In this document: in pieces, positions 42,849 through 50,389 of the stretch
Numbering within the stretch: the stretch's first letter is position 1
Layout of the letters: the number at the start of each line of letters is the position of its first letter
NCBI GenBank assembly: GCA_005880915.1
Contig: VBIW01000036.1
Coordinates: 27,800-91,799 of the forward strand
Reading direction: 5' to 3'
Length of the DNA: 64,000 bases
Source: Chloroflexota bacterium
Lineage (GTDB): Bacteria > Chloroflexota > Dormibacteria > Dormibacterales > Dormibacteraceae
Translations under genes and position numbers: made by a program
The notes under the pieces: generated by a model
The model's database searches: none
What the model was told of the DNA's origin: nothing
Seen by the model: the letters and a program-made list of their open reading frames with translations, nothing else

Positions 42849-45262
42849 GTCCGCCTTCTGACCACGCGTGCCACGAGCAGCGGTGCGATCGCGACGAGCC
42901 CGACCAGACCGAGCAGCGACTCGGGCACGATGATGGTCGGCGGCACGACGCGCGTGTCCCCTACGCCGGCGGTGCCGCCGTAAAGCATCGACGGCTTGCC
43001 CCCGGTGCTGTGAGTGAGGGTGACCGAGACGCACAGCGAGCCGCCGGGCGGGATCACGATGGGCAGCTGGCCGGCGCTGGTGCTCACCGTGAAGGGGCTG
43101 GTCGGGTTCGCGCCACTCGCTCCATACGTGGTTGACCACGTCGTCCCCGCGTTCGGGATCGTGGCCACATACCCGCCGCAGCTCGAAGTCAATGAGACAC
43201 CCGCGGAAATGCTCACGGTGTCGCTGGTGTTGCCGGAGCCGCCGCTCCAGTACATGGTGAATGTCCACACTCCCGCGGCGACGGTCTGCGCCGGCAGGTT
43301 GCTGAACGTCCAGGTCGTGGCGACGCCGCCGGCTTGCGACTGGATCTCACACGGCGGGGTCAGCGTGCCCACGTTCTGGTCGAGGGCGGTCGCGGTGCAG
43401 CCCGGCGCCGTCCCGGATCCATGAAAGTAGAGCGGGTTGCCGGCAGCGCTCACCACCGGAGCGTGCGTGGAAGCGAGAGCCAGGCCGCCAAACATCAGAC
43501 CCAGCAGGCCGACGACGATCCATCCCAGCCAGCGGCGACGCGCGATCGGCCGGACTGTCTGCGTGGCCGGGAGTCGCGCCGCCGGCGGGGTCCAGCGCTG
43601 AGGGCGGCCTCGCCGGCTGGTCAGCCAGCGACGCAGTAGGTACAGCCGGCGCAGGTGACGTACCTGGTCGGTGACGTGGCCGGTCTTGGGCGTGCGGAAC
43701 CACGGCCCCTCGTCCTTGCTGGTCAGTCCCTTCAGCGCAGCCCAGGCCTGGAAGGGGACCAGAGCGAAAGACAAGACCAGGGCGCCGAACACTCCCTGCA
43801 CATCCCTCAGCGGCGCTTCTTCCAGGATCAACCCACCGAGGTTCATGAGCGGAAGGGCGAACACGTTGGAGAAGATCAGCGACCATCCGAGAAGCGCCGT
43901 CCACCCCGGCACGTGGGTCCGAAACACGACCTCCGAGATGAGCCAGCTGACCGAGCCGACCACGAACAATGCGGCCTGCAAGTAGTAGGTCGAGTCGTAG
44001 ACGAATTCGAGCTTCTCAATGGGCGTGACCAGCGGTGATCCCATGATTGGTAGGAACCATTTGCGGACGTTGTGCGTATGCCCCTCTGCCCAACGCATCC
44101 GCTGCCGCGCCAGCCGCGCGAACGTGCTGACGCATTCGGCGGGGGTCTCCGCCCACGGCGTATAGATGACTTTGTAGCCGCGCGTGTACAGCTTGAGGGT
44201 GAGCTCCCAATCCTCTGTGATGCTGGTTCCCCAACCCACATCGCGAAGCACGTCGGCCCGGATCATGTATGCCGTGCCGGCGATCATCTTCAGGGCGCCG
44301 ATCGCGTCCTGGAATGGACGCTCGATCATGTAGCTGCCCGCGTACTCGGCGCGCACGGCTTCGGTGAGCCAGCTCTCCGACTTGTTAAGGACGTGCCACT
44401 GGTAGCTCTGCACCGCGGCGACTTCGGCGCGGCGCTTGACCTGCCCCGGCTCCGACGGTGCTTCGCTCCGACCAAAGGCCGCCTCGAATCGCCGGTTCGA
44501 CGCACCATCGCTGACGCGATAGAAAAAAGGCAGCAGGCGCTCGATCGAGTCCGCAAACGGGACGGAGTCAGCGTCGAAGACGACGACGTATTCCGTGCGG
44601 GGGTCCATCACCTTCAGCGCTTCGCTGAGGGCGCCGCCCTTGTAGCCGCTGCGGCTCGTCCGATGCAGGACCTTGAAACGGGGCTGGTGGCGCCAGCGCT
44701 CCAGGATCTGGACAGACTCATCCGTCGAGTCGTCGACCACCACGACCTCGTACTCCGGATACTCGAGCTGCGCGAGGGCATTCAGGAGGCGCTCGATGAC
44801 GCGCTTTTCGTTGTAGGCGGCGACGTGGACGGAAACGAACGGGTGGTACCCGAGATCAAGGTGATACCCGTTGCCATTGCCATTGCCGTTGCCGTTGATG
44901 CGGGCCATTCCGTTCCCGTTGGCCTTGCTGGCGCCACCCCGGGGTCCGGCGCCGACGAGCGTGGTGAGCAGCACCATCGCGGTGCTCAGGTAGTACTTGA
45001 CCGCGTAAGCGAAAAAGATCGCTCCCAGGAACAGGCCGGTGAAAGCAAACCCATAGGCGACCCAGTCCCCGCCGCTGCGGATCTTGGACTGCACGACGAG
45101 GTCTGAGAAGCCGTGGACGATGGCCACGATCGGGATGACGGCCACGACGAAGGCGAGGATGAGGACGGTATTGAGGGCGAAGCTCCACAGAAGAGAGGTA
45201 AGTCCCGAGCCGCGGCTCGGCCGCGACCCGACGAGTCGCCCCGGATCTTCTCCCGACGCCAT
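42845..45262 (-). CDS. Processive family-2 glycosyltransferase (cellulose/chitin-synthase-like) fused to an extracytoplasmic Ser/Thr/Gly-rich domain and a sorting signal
   Basis: 805 aa. N-terminal TMs, GT2 core (VHVAAYNE, VVDDSTDES, VVFDADSVP, QRMRWAEGHT = QxxRW, FRTPKTG), TM (WIVVGLLGLMFGGLALA), ~210-aa Cys-containing domain, VPES-TM-RRRT tail. Confidence 0.85.
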   Translation of the reverse strand: MASGEDPGRLVGSRPSRGSGLTSLLWSFALNTVLILAFVVAVIPIVAIVHGFSDLVVQSKIRSGGDWVAYGFAFTGLFLGAIFFAYAVKYYLSTAMVLLTTLVGAGPRGGASKANGNGMARINGNGNGNGNGYHLDLGYHPFVSVHVAAYNEKRVIERLLNALAQLEYPEYEVVVVDDSTDESVQILERWRHQPRFKVLHRTSRSGYKGGALSEALKVMDPRTEYVVVFDADSVPFADSIERLLPFFYRVSDGASNRRFEAAFGRSEAPSEPGQVKRRAEVAAVQSYQWHVLNKSESWLTEAVRAEYAGSYMIERPFQDAIGALKMIAGTAYMIRADVLRDVGWGTSITEDWELTLKLYTRGYKVIYTPWAETPAECVSTFARLARQRMRWAEGHTHNVRKWFLPIMGSPLVTPIEKLEFVYDSTYYLQAALFVVGSVSWLISEVVFRTHVPGWTALLGWSLIFSNVFALPLMNLGGLILEEAPLRDVQGVFGALVLSFALVPFQAWAALKGLTSKDEGPWFRTPKTGHVTDQVRHLRRLYLLRRWLTSRRGRPQRWTPPAARLPATQTVRPIARRRWLGWIVVGLLGLMFGGLALASTHAPVVSAAGNPLYFHGSGTAPGCTATALDQNVGTLTPPCEIQSQAGGVATTWTFSNLPAQTVAAGVWTFTMYWSGGSGNTSDTVSISAGVSLTSSCGGYVATIPNAGTTWSTTYGASGANPTSPFTVSTSAGQLPIVIPPGGSLCVSVTLTHSTGGKPSMLYGGTAGVGDTRVVPPTIIVPESLLGLVGLVAIAPLLVARVVRRRT
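42848..42928 (-). other. PEP-CTERM-like C-terminal sorting signal on the GT2 synthase
   Basis: The last 27 aa are VPES-LLGLVGLVAIAPLLVA-RVVRRRT: motif, hydrophobic helix, basic cluster at the extreme C-terminus. Confidence 0.6.
44870..44925. repeat. Imperfect hexanucleotide (GTTGCC/ATTGCC)n tract encoding (Asn-Gly)n
   Basis: gttgccattgccattgccgttgccgttgat...ccgttcccgttggc encodes ANGNGMARINGNGNGNGNGY in a loop of the GT2 protein. Confidence 0.75.
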
Positions 45263-45618
45263 CAGGCCGGGCCTTCGAAATAGAGAGCGGCGCGGAGCTC
45301 GGCGCTGTCGAAGCGCCGGTGTCCGCCCGGCGTCGTGACCGTGGCGTGAAGGCGGCCGCGCCGGACGGCGCGATTCAGGGTTGGCTGGCTGACGCCAAGC
45401 AGCCGAGCGGCTTCGCCGGTGGTTAAGAGACGGGCGCCATCAGGTTCGTCGAGCAGGCCGACCGCGAATGCCTCGACATCTTCCAGGCTGAACCGCCGAT
45501 GCCCGCCTGGGGTGATGAGCGCTGGGTGGAGGAGGCCCTTGGCCACGGCGCGCGAAACAGTCGCCTGGCTGACGCCAAGTCGGGCTGCTACATCCTTCGA
45601 ACTGATCAATCTGTGCAA
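45262..45618 (-). CDS. Tandem MerR/excisionase-type HTH protein (two BldC-like repeats)
   Basis: 118 aa. Two repeats: SSKDVAARLGVSQATVSRAVAKGLLHPALITPGGHRRFSLEDVEAF, and TTGEAARLLGVSQPTLNRAVRRGRLHATVTTPGGHRRFDSAELRAA. TTG start. The stop shares 1 nt with the GT2 ATG. Confidence 0.75.
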   Translation of the reverse strand: MHRLISSKDVAARLGVSQATVSRAVAKGLLHPALITPGGHRRFSLEDVEAFAVGLLDEPDGARLLTTGEAARLLGVSQPTLNRAVRRGRLHATVTTPGGHRRFDSAELRAALYFEGPA

Positions 45619-45848
45619 GACGTTTGCTGGGGCAACGCATCATATGCGGAACGGAGTCCCCCGCAGCACCGTAGGGGCTTGGGATTCCGAGAGTGGCGCA
45701 GGCATTTCGTCGTTGAAAATATGCAAAGATCGACCCGCCCATTCGGGGATTTCGTGCCAGACTTTTCGCTGCGCAGATGTGTGCGCGGGCCTTCAGAAAG
45801 GAATCGCGGAAACTCATACTCACTTAGAACCTCACCCCCCGCAGCCAA

Positions 45849-45892
45849 GCTCGGAGCCGGTGTCGAGAAATCGCCCGGCCCGAGCCTTTTTT
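45849..45892 (+). terminator. Orphan intrinsic-terminator-like hairpin plus T6 on the plus strand
   Basis: GCTCGG-a-GCCGG ... (inner CGA-GAAA-TCG) ... CCGGC-CCGAGC followed by CTTTTTTAT. No plus-strand CDS lies upstream. Confidence 0.5.
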
Positions 45893-45962
45893 ATGGCTGC
45901 CTGGTTCGCGCCTTTCACCTTCCCAGTAGCCGGTCGAGGCCGCCGGGTGGTGGGCCGGAACC

Positions 45963-46775
45963 CTATCGGCGGCCTTCCGCCCACTCATTCAGGGCTGCGC
46001 GCCAGGGACGGAGGGGGTGGAACCTCGTGGTCGCGAGGCAGCCGTTGAGCGGCCGCCGCGCCGGGGTCGGATAAGCCTCGCTGCTCACCGACTCGACGGT
46101 CTCGGGCCGGTCGAATGCCTCGAGCGTGGCCCGGGCAAAACCATCAAAACCGATGCAGCCCTGGTTCACCGCATGGATGATGCCCGCCGTGCCCTGCCCG
46201 GCGAGCTCGAGCGCAGCGGCGGCGAGATCTCTGGCGTAGGTCGGGTTGACCTTCTGGTCAGAGACGACGCGCAGCGGTTGGCCAGAGCGCGCTCGCTCCA
46301 GGATCCGCATGGGAAAACTCTGCGGCCCACCGAACACCGCCGCCGTGCGCACCACCAGGACGTGAGCGCCTACCTCGAGCACGTTGCGCTCGCCCGCCAG
46401 CTTGGAGCTCGCGTAGACGGAGAGTGGCGACGGTTCGTCGGCCTCGATGTAGGGCTGGTCATGTTTGCCGTCGAAGACGAAGTTGGTCGAAAAATGGACC
46501 AGCGCGACGCCATGGCGGCGGCAGGCGGCGGCCAGGATCCGCGGGCCCTCTGCGTTGACTTCGTGCGCCGCATCGGACTCTGACTCGGCGCGGTCGACCG
46601 CGTTGTAAGCGGCACAGTTGAAGACAACTTCCGGTTCGCGCTCATCAATCAGCCGGTCCACCGCCGGCGCGTCGGTGATCGAAGCCTGGGCATGACCAAC
46701 GCCGCTGTCCGGCTCGAGGAGGTTCACGAGCTCGCGGCCAAGCTGTCCGTTGGCGCCGAAGACGAGAGCTTTCAG
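45963..46775 (-). CDS. dTDP-4-dehydrorhamnose reductase-like (RmlD substrate-binding family)
   Basis: The track ORF starts at GTG 46727, but the Rossmann motif (KALVFGANGQLGREL) is encoded upstream in the same frame. Extended to CTG 46775 (an in-frame TGA lies at 46788-46790). SVYASSK (YxxxK). Confidence 0.8.
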   Translation of the reverse strand: MKALVFGANGQLGRELVNLLEPDSGVGHAQASITDAPAVDRLIDEREPEVVFNCAAYNAVDRAESESDAAHEVNAEGPRILAAACRRHGVALVHFSTNFVFDGKHDQPYIEADEPSPLSVYASSKLAGERNVLEVGAHVLVVRTAAVFGGPQSFPMRILERARSGQPLRVVSDQKVNPTYARDLAAAALELAGQGTAGIIHAVNQGCIGFDGFARATLEAFDRPETVESVSSEAYPTPARRPLNGCLATTRFHPLRPWRAALNEWAEGRR

Positions 46776-49700
46776 AGTGATGCTTTGTCAGCCTGCGGCG
46801 CGATCTGCTCCGAAAGCAGCGCCGTGATCTCGGACTCTGGCGCGGGCCTGCCGACCAGGAAACCTTGCGCCGCGTCACAGCCGGCCTCGATCAGCACGGC
46901 CTCCGCCATCCGGTCCTGGAGGCCTTCCGCGACTACCCGCAGACCCAGGTTGTGGCCAAGCCCGACGGCGGAACGAACGATGGCGCCTGAGTCCGCGTCG
47001 CTGCCCAGCGCAGAGACGAAGGACCGGTCGATCTTGATCTCGTTAACCGGCAGGCGCATCAGGTAGAGCAAGGATGAGTAGCCCGTGCCGAAATCGTCGA
47101 GGGCGAGGCGGACGCCGATCTCATGCAGTCGCTGCAGCGCCTTCGCTGCAGCGGCGGCCATCGCCACGCCCTCGGTGATCTCGAGCGTGAGGCGGCTCGC
47201 GTCGACTTTGAAGTTTCCAAGCGCGCGAGCGACCATCTCTTCCAGCGAGTGGTCCTCGATGTTCCGCGGCGAAACGTTGAGCGAAACGCCGACGTCGAGT
47301 CCCTGCTCGAGCCATTTGCACAGCTGGGCGAGCGCGGAATCGATGACCCATGCAGTGAGCGGATGAATGATGCCCGTCTCCTCTGCCATGGGGATGAAAC
47401 GGTCCGGCGGCATCAGGCCCTCGCGCGGATGGTTCCATCTGACGAGCGCCTCGACGGTGTGAACCGCGCCAGTCGCCAGCGTCACCTGTGGCTGGTAATG
47501 GAGCACAAGCTCGCCCTGGGGGATGGCGCGGCGCAGCTCGCCGGCCAGGCCTGAGCGGCGCAGCGTCTGCGCCTCTTGCTCGGGTTGGTAGATCGCGTAT
47601 CCGCCGCCGGATCGCTTGGCGACGTACATTGCAACGTCGGCACGGCGCAGCAGGGTGCCCGGATCGTCACCGTGCACCGGGTACATCGCGATCCCGATCG
47701 AAGCGCCGGTCTCGACCATCTGGTCAGCGATGGCAAACGGACCTTCGAGCGAGGCCAGGATCTTGCGGGCCGAGGCCACCACGTCTTCCGGGTGCCGGGC
47801 GTCGGTGGTGAGCACGGCAAATTCGTCGCCGCCCAGCCGCGCGATGGTGTCGGTCGCCCGCAGGACGCCGCGCAGGCGCGCCGTCACCTCTTGCAGGAGG
47901 CTGTCGCCGCGGTCATGGCCGAGGGCGTCGTTGATGTCCTTGAAGCGATCAAGGTCGAGCAGCAAGACGCCGAACATCTTTTGATTGCGCCGCGCCGCCA
48001 GCAGAGCCTGACGCAGGCGATCACCGAACAGGCTTCGGTTGGGCAGGCCGGTGAGTGCGTCGTGCAGAGCCTGGTATTCGAGGGCGTCTGTGTGCGCCTT
48101 GCGCTCCGAGATGTCCCGCAGCGTCGCGATGAACATGTGACGCGACCCGATCTGCATCGAGCTCACGACAAACTCGAGCGGGAAAAGGCTTCCGTTCTTC
48201 CGCTTGCCCATCGTCTCGTGGGCGCCGCTTACAGGCATATCCACGTTCAGCCGGCGCTGGAGATAGTTGTCGAATGCGCTGCGATGGGTGGTCGCGATGA
48301 GGATCGCGGCCTGCTCTCCAATCAGGTCCTCCTCCGAATATCCGAACAGCCTCGTCACGGCTGGATTGGCGGACTCGATCATCCCGGTCGGGTCGATGGT
48401 GGCCAGGCCGTCCGAGACGTTGTCGAGCACCGAACGCATCCGCTTTTCGCTTTCCTGCAGCGCGACCTCGGCGCGTTTGCGCTCCACGAACTCGCCGATC
48501 TGCGAGCCCACGTCGTTCATCACCGCGACCAGCCCATCGTCGAGCTCGCGCGCTGCCCACGTGTGGAGAGAGATCATGCCGACGACGCGGCGGCCGCTGC
48601 GCACCGGGAAGCCGACGATGCCGTGCAGGCCGGCGGCGACCGCGGCTGCGGAGCGTGCCGAGGGATCGCCCGACAGGTCAGGCATAGCGACCGGCGCGCC
48701 CGACTCCCAAACGCGTCCGGCAAGCCCCTCACCCCGGCGGTAGTTGACCTGTGGTGCGGTGGCCTCATACGCCGTGGTGTCGCGGCCTGGTCTCTTCCAT
48801 GCAGTCACGAAATGCATCGACTCGCGTTCGTTGTCGACTTCCCAGTACTCAGCGAGCTCCCAGTCGAGCGCCCTGCACAGACCCTCGAGGACTCCAGGGG
48901 CAGCCTTGTCCCATCCAGGAGACGTGACGAGCGCCTGGGTGACTGCAAACCGCGCCGCCTGCAGCACCTCGGCGCGTTTCCTGTCGCGGATGTCCACGGC
49001 GACGGTCTGGAAATACTGCGGCTTGTTGGCGAAGTCGCGGACGAGGCGCATCGTCAGGTCGACCCACACATGCTCGCCGTCTTTGCGCGTATAGCGCTTC
49101 TCGATGCGGCGACCCTCCTCCTCGCCGGCGAGCATGCCGTGCATCGCGTCGCGCAGCGCGGCGGCGTCGTCTGGGTGCGTGATGTCGAGGAGCGCGAGCG
49201 TGCGCAGCTCAACGTCGCTGTAACCGACCAGCTCGCAGAACGCCGGGTTGACCGTGGTGATTCGTCCGTCGAGACCCGTGAACGCCATACCGGCCTGCGC
49301 CTGCTCGAAAAGGGTCCTGAAGCGAGTCTCGCTCTCGCGCTCGGCCGACTCAGCGCGCAGTTTCTCGCTGATGTCGGTGACAAGCGTCAGGACCTGGTTG
49401 CGCCTTGTAGTCAACCGGTGGATGGCCAGGTCGAGGGCTACCCGCCGACCCGACTTGGTGACCATCGTCGACGTGTAGCGGCGGGGAGCATCTCCGCCGG
49501 CGATGCGTCGTGCCAGGTTGGCGCGATACACCTCCTGGTCCTCGGGCACGGAAAGGTCGATCATCGAGGCCATTGCCGCCAGCTCCTCGCGCGTGTAGCC
49601 GGTGAGCTCGACGTACGCGTCGTTGCCCGCGACAAAGCGTCCGTTCTCCGTGATCATGATGCCCTCACCGATTTCGCTGAGGGTGGCGAGCAGCGAGCTC

Positions 49701-50320
49701 TGGCGCTCGACCTGGACTCCAAGGTCACGCTCGACTGACCGGCTGGTGAGCATCGCGAGGATGCCAAGGCCGATCAGCAGGAGGGTCCAGATGACGACGG
49801 CGCTCAGCGAGGTCATGAGCTGGGTGACGGCATATACCCACAGAGCGCCCAGGCCGAGGATGGCTATCCCGAACACGTAGCCGAAGCGACGCGAGTGCAT
49901 CCCGACCTCGAAATGGAGGAAGACTGTCGCAAAGCTCACCGCGGCCAGCGGAGGCAGGTCGTCACCGAGCCAGTGCCCGGCTGTCCCCATCACCAGCACG
50001 GTCAGGACCGTCGCGGTCGCCATGATCGGGATCTGAGCCCGCAGGCTCGAGCCGATCGGCGACGCCTTGATCCACACGGCGAAGACGGCAAAAACCACGC
50101 CGATGCCGATGAGGACCTCCTCCTGGCGGACTACGTCGGCTGGTGGCCTGGCTTCCCAGATGCGGTAGGCGACCGCGCCGATGACGGCGGCGACGGCCAC
50201 GCCGTTGACAAGGGGCAGGGTCCACGGCCGGGATGGCCGCGCCAGGCCGGTTGCAGCCCAGGCCGCACCGAACAGAGGATCAGCAGCCGGCGCCGGGGAC
50301 ACGCTCAGCTCTTTGGCCAA
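46772..50320 (-). CDS. Membrane-anchored multi-sensor c-di-GMP protein (TM region, PAS x3-4, GAF, GGDEF, EAL)
   Basis: 1182 aa. N-terminal ~7 TM, repeated PAS cores, GAF, RLGGDEFAVL (GGDEF), EALVRW...DDFGTGYSSL (EAL). Confidence 0.9.
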   Translation of the reverse strand: MAKELSVSPAPAADPLFGAAWAATGLARPSRPWTLPLVNGVAVAAVIGAVAYRIWEARPPADVVRQEEVLIGIGVVFAVFAVWIKASPIGSSLRAQIPIMATATVLTVLVMGTAGHWLGDDLPPLAAVSFATVFLHFEVGMHSRRFGYVFGIAILGLGALWVYAVTQLMTSLSAVVIWTLLLIGLGILAMLTSRSVERDLGVQVERQSSLLATLSEIGEGIMITENGRFVAGNDAYVELTGYTREELAAMASMIDLSVPEDQEVYRANLARRIAGGDAPRRYTSTMVTKSGRRVALDLAIHRLTTRRNQVLTLVTDISEKLRAESAERESETRFRTLFEQAQAGMAFTGLDGRITTVNPAFCELVGYSDVELRTLALLDITHPDDAAALRDAMHGMLAGEEEGRRIEKRYTRKDGEHVWVDLTMRLVRDFANKPQYFQTVAVDIRDRKRAEVLQAARFAVTQALVTSPGWDKAAPGVLEGLCRALDWELAEYWEVDNERESMHFVTAWKRPGRDTTAYEATAPQVNYRRGEGLAGRVWESGAPVAMPDLSGDPSARSAAAVAAGLHGIVGFPVRSGRRVVGMISLHTWAARELDDGLVAVMNDVGSQIGEFVERKRAEVALQESEKRMRSVLDNVSDGLATIDPTGMIESANPAVTRLFGYSEEDLIGEQAAILIATTHRSAFDNYLQRRLNVDMPVSGAHETMGKRKNGSLFPLEFVVSSMQIGSRHMFIATLRDISERKAHTDALEYQALHDALTGLPNRSLFGDRLRQALLAARRNQKMFGVLLLDLDRFKDINDALGHDRGDSLLQEVTARLRGVLRATDTIARLGGDEFAVLTTDARHPEDVVASARKILASLEGPFAIADQMVETGASIGIAMYPVHGDDPGTLLRRADVAMYVAKRSGGGYAIYQPEQEAQTLRRSGLAGELRRAIPQGELVLHYQPQVTLATGAVHTVEALVRWNHPREGLMPPDRFIPMAEETGIIHPLTAWVIDSALAQLCKWLEQGLDVGVSLNVSPRNIEDHSLEEMVARALGNFKVDASRLTLEITEGVAMAAAAAKALQRLHEIGVRLALDDFGTGYSSLLYLMRLPVNEIKIDRSFVSALGSDADSGAIVRSAVGLGHNLGLRVVAEGLQDRMAEAVLIEAGCDAAQGFLVGRPAPESEITALLSEQIAPQADKASL

Positions 50321-50347
50321 CTCACAGAACGATAACGGTAGGGACCC

Positions 50348-50365
50348 CGATTTGAGTTCAAATCG
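50348..50365. promoter_or_regulatory. Perfect 8-2-8 inverted repeat, candidate operator upstream of the GGDEF/EAL gene
   Basis: CGATTTGA-gt-TCAAATCG, an AT-rich island 28 nt upstream of the ATG at 50320. A related CGATTTGAATCG occurs at 51839-51850. Confidence 0.3.
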
Positions 50366-50389
50366 AGCCCCGGCCGACCGTCAGGTGGG

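Noticed and set aside
44870-44925. CRISPR-like or VNTR array
   Set aside because: It is a 6-nt coding microsatellite inside a CDS, with no spacers and no repeat-spacer periodicity. No CRISPR array or cas genes occur anywhere in the window.
45262-45618. Prophage excisionase or mobile-element marker
   Set aside because: The excisionase-type HTH is duplicated and translationally coupled to a glycosyltransferase operon. No integrase, recombinase, att-like flanks or phage genes occur in the window. It is interpreted as a BldC-like regulator.
45619-45962. c-di-GMP riboswitch (GEMM-I/II) in the leader of the glycan operon
   Set aside because: I looked on both strands for the GEMM hallmarks (paired hairpins with a GNRA tetraloop and receptor, and the conserved ACGCACAGGGCAAACC-like core). 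Only an isolated GAAA-capped hairpin is present, so there is no convincing match by eye. It still needs a cmscan.
47576-49738. 720-aa plus-strand ORF. Similar long ORFs: 28582-30165 (+), 24002-25264 (+), 54742-55851 (+), 5804-7111 (+), 2315-3415 (+), 10195-11400 (+), 40808-42154 (-).
   Set aside because: All lie antisense to, or out of frame within, genes with unmistakable conserved motifs (GGDEF/EAL, mfd, ftsH, hemW, radA, cysS, DUF58, GT4). Their translations are Arg/Ala/Gly/Pro/Asp-rich low-complexity strings. These are typical shadow ORFs of high-GC DNA.
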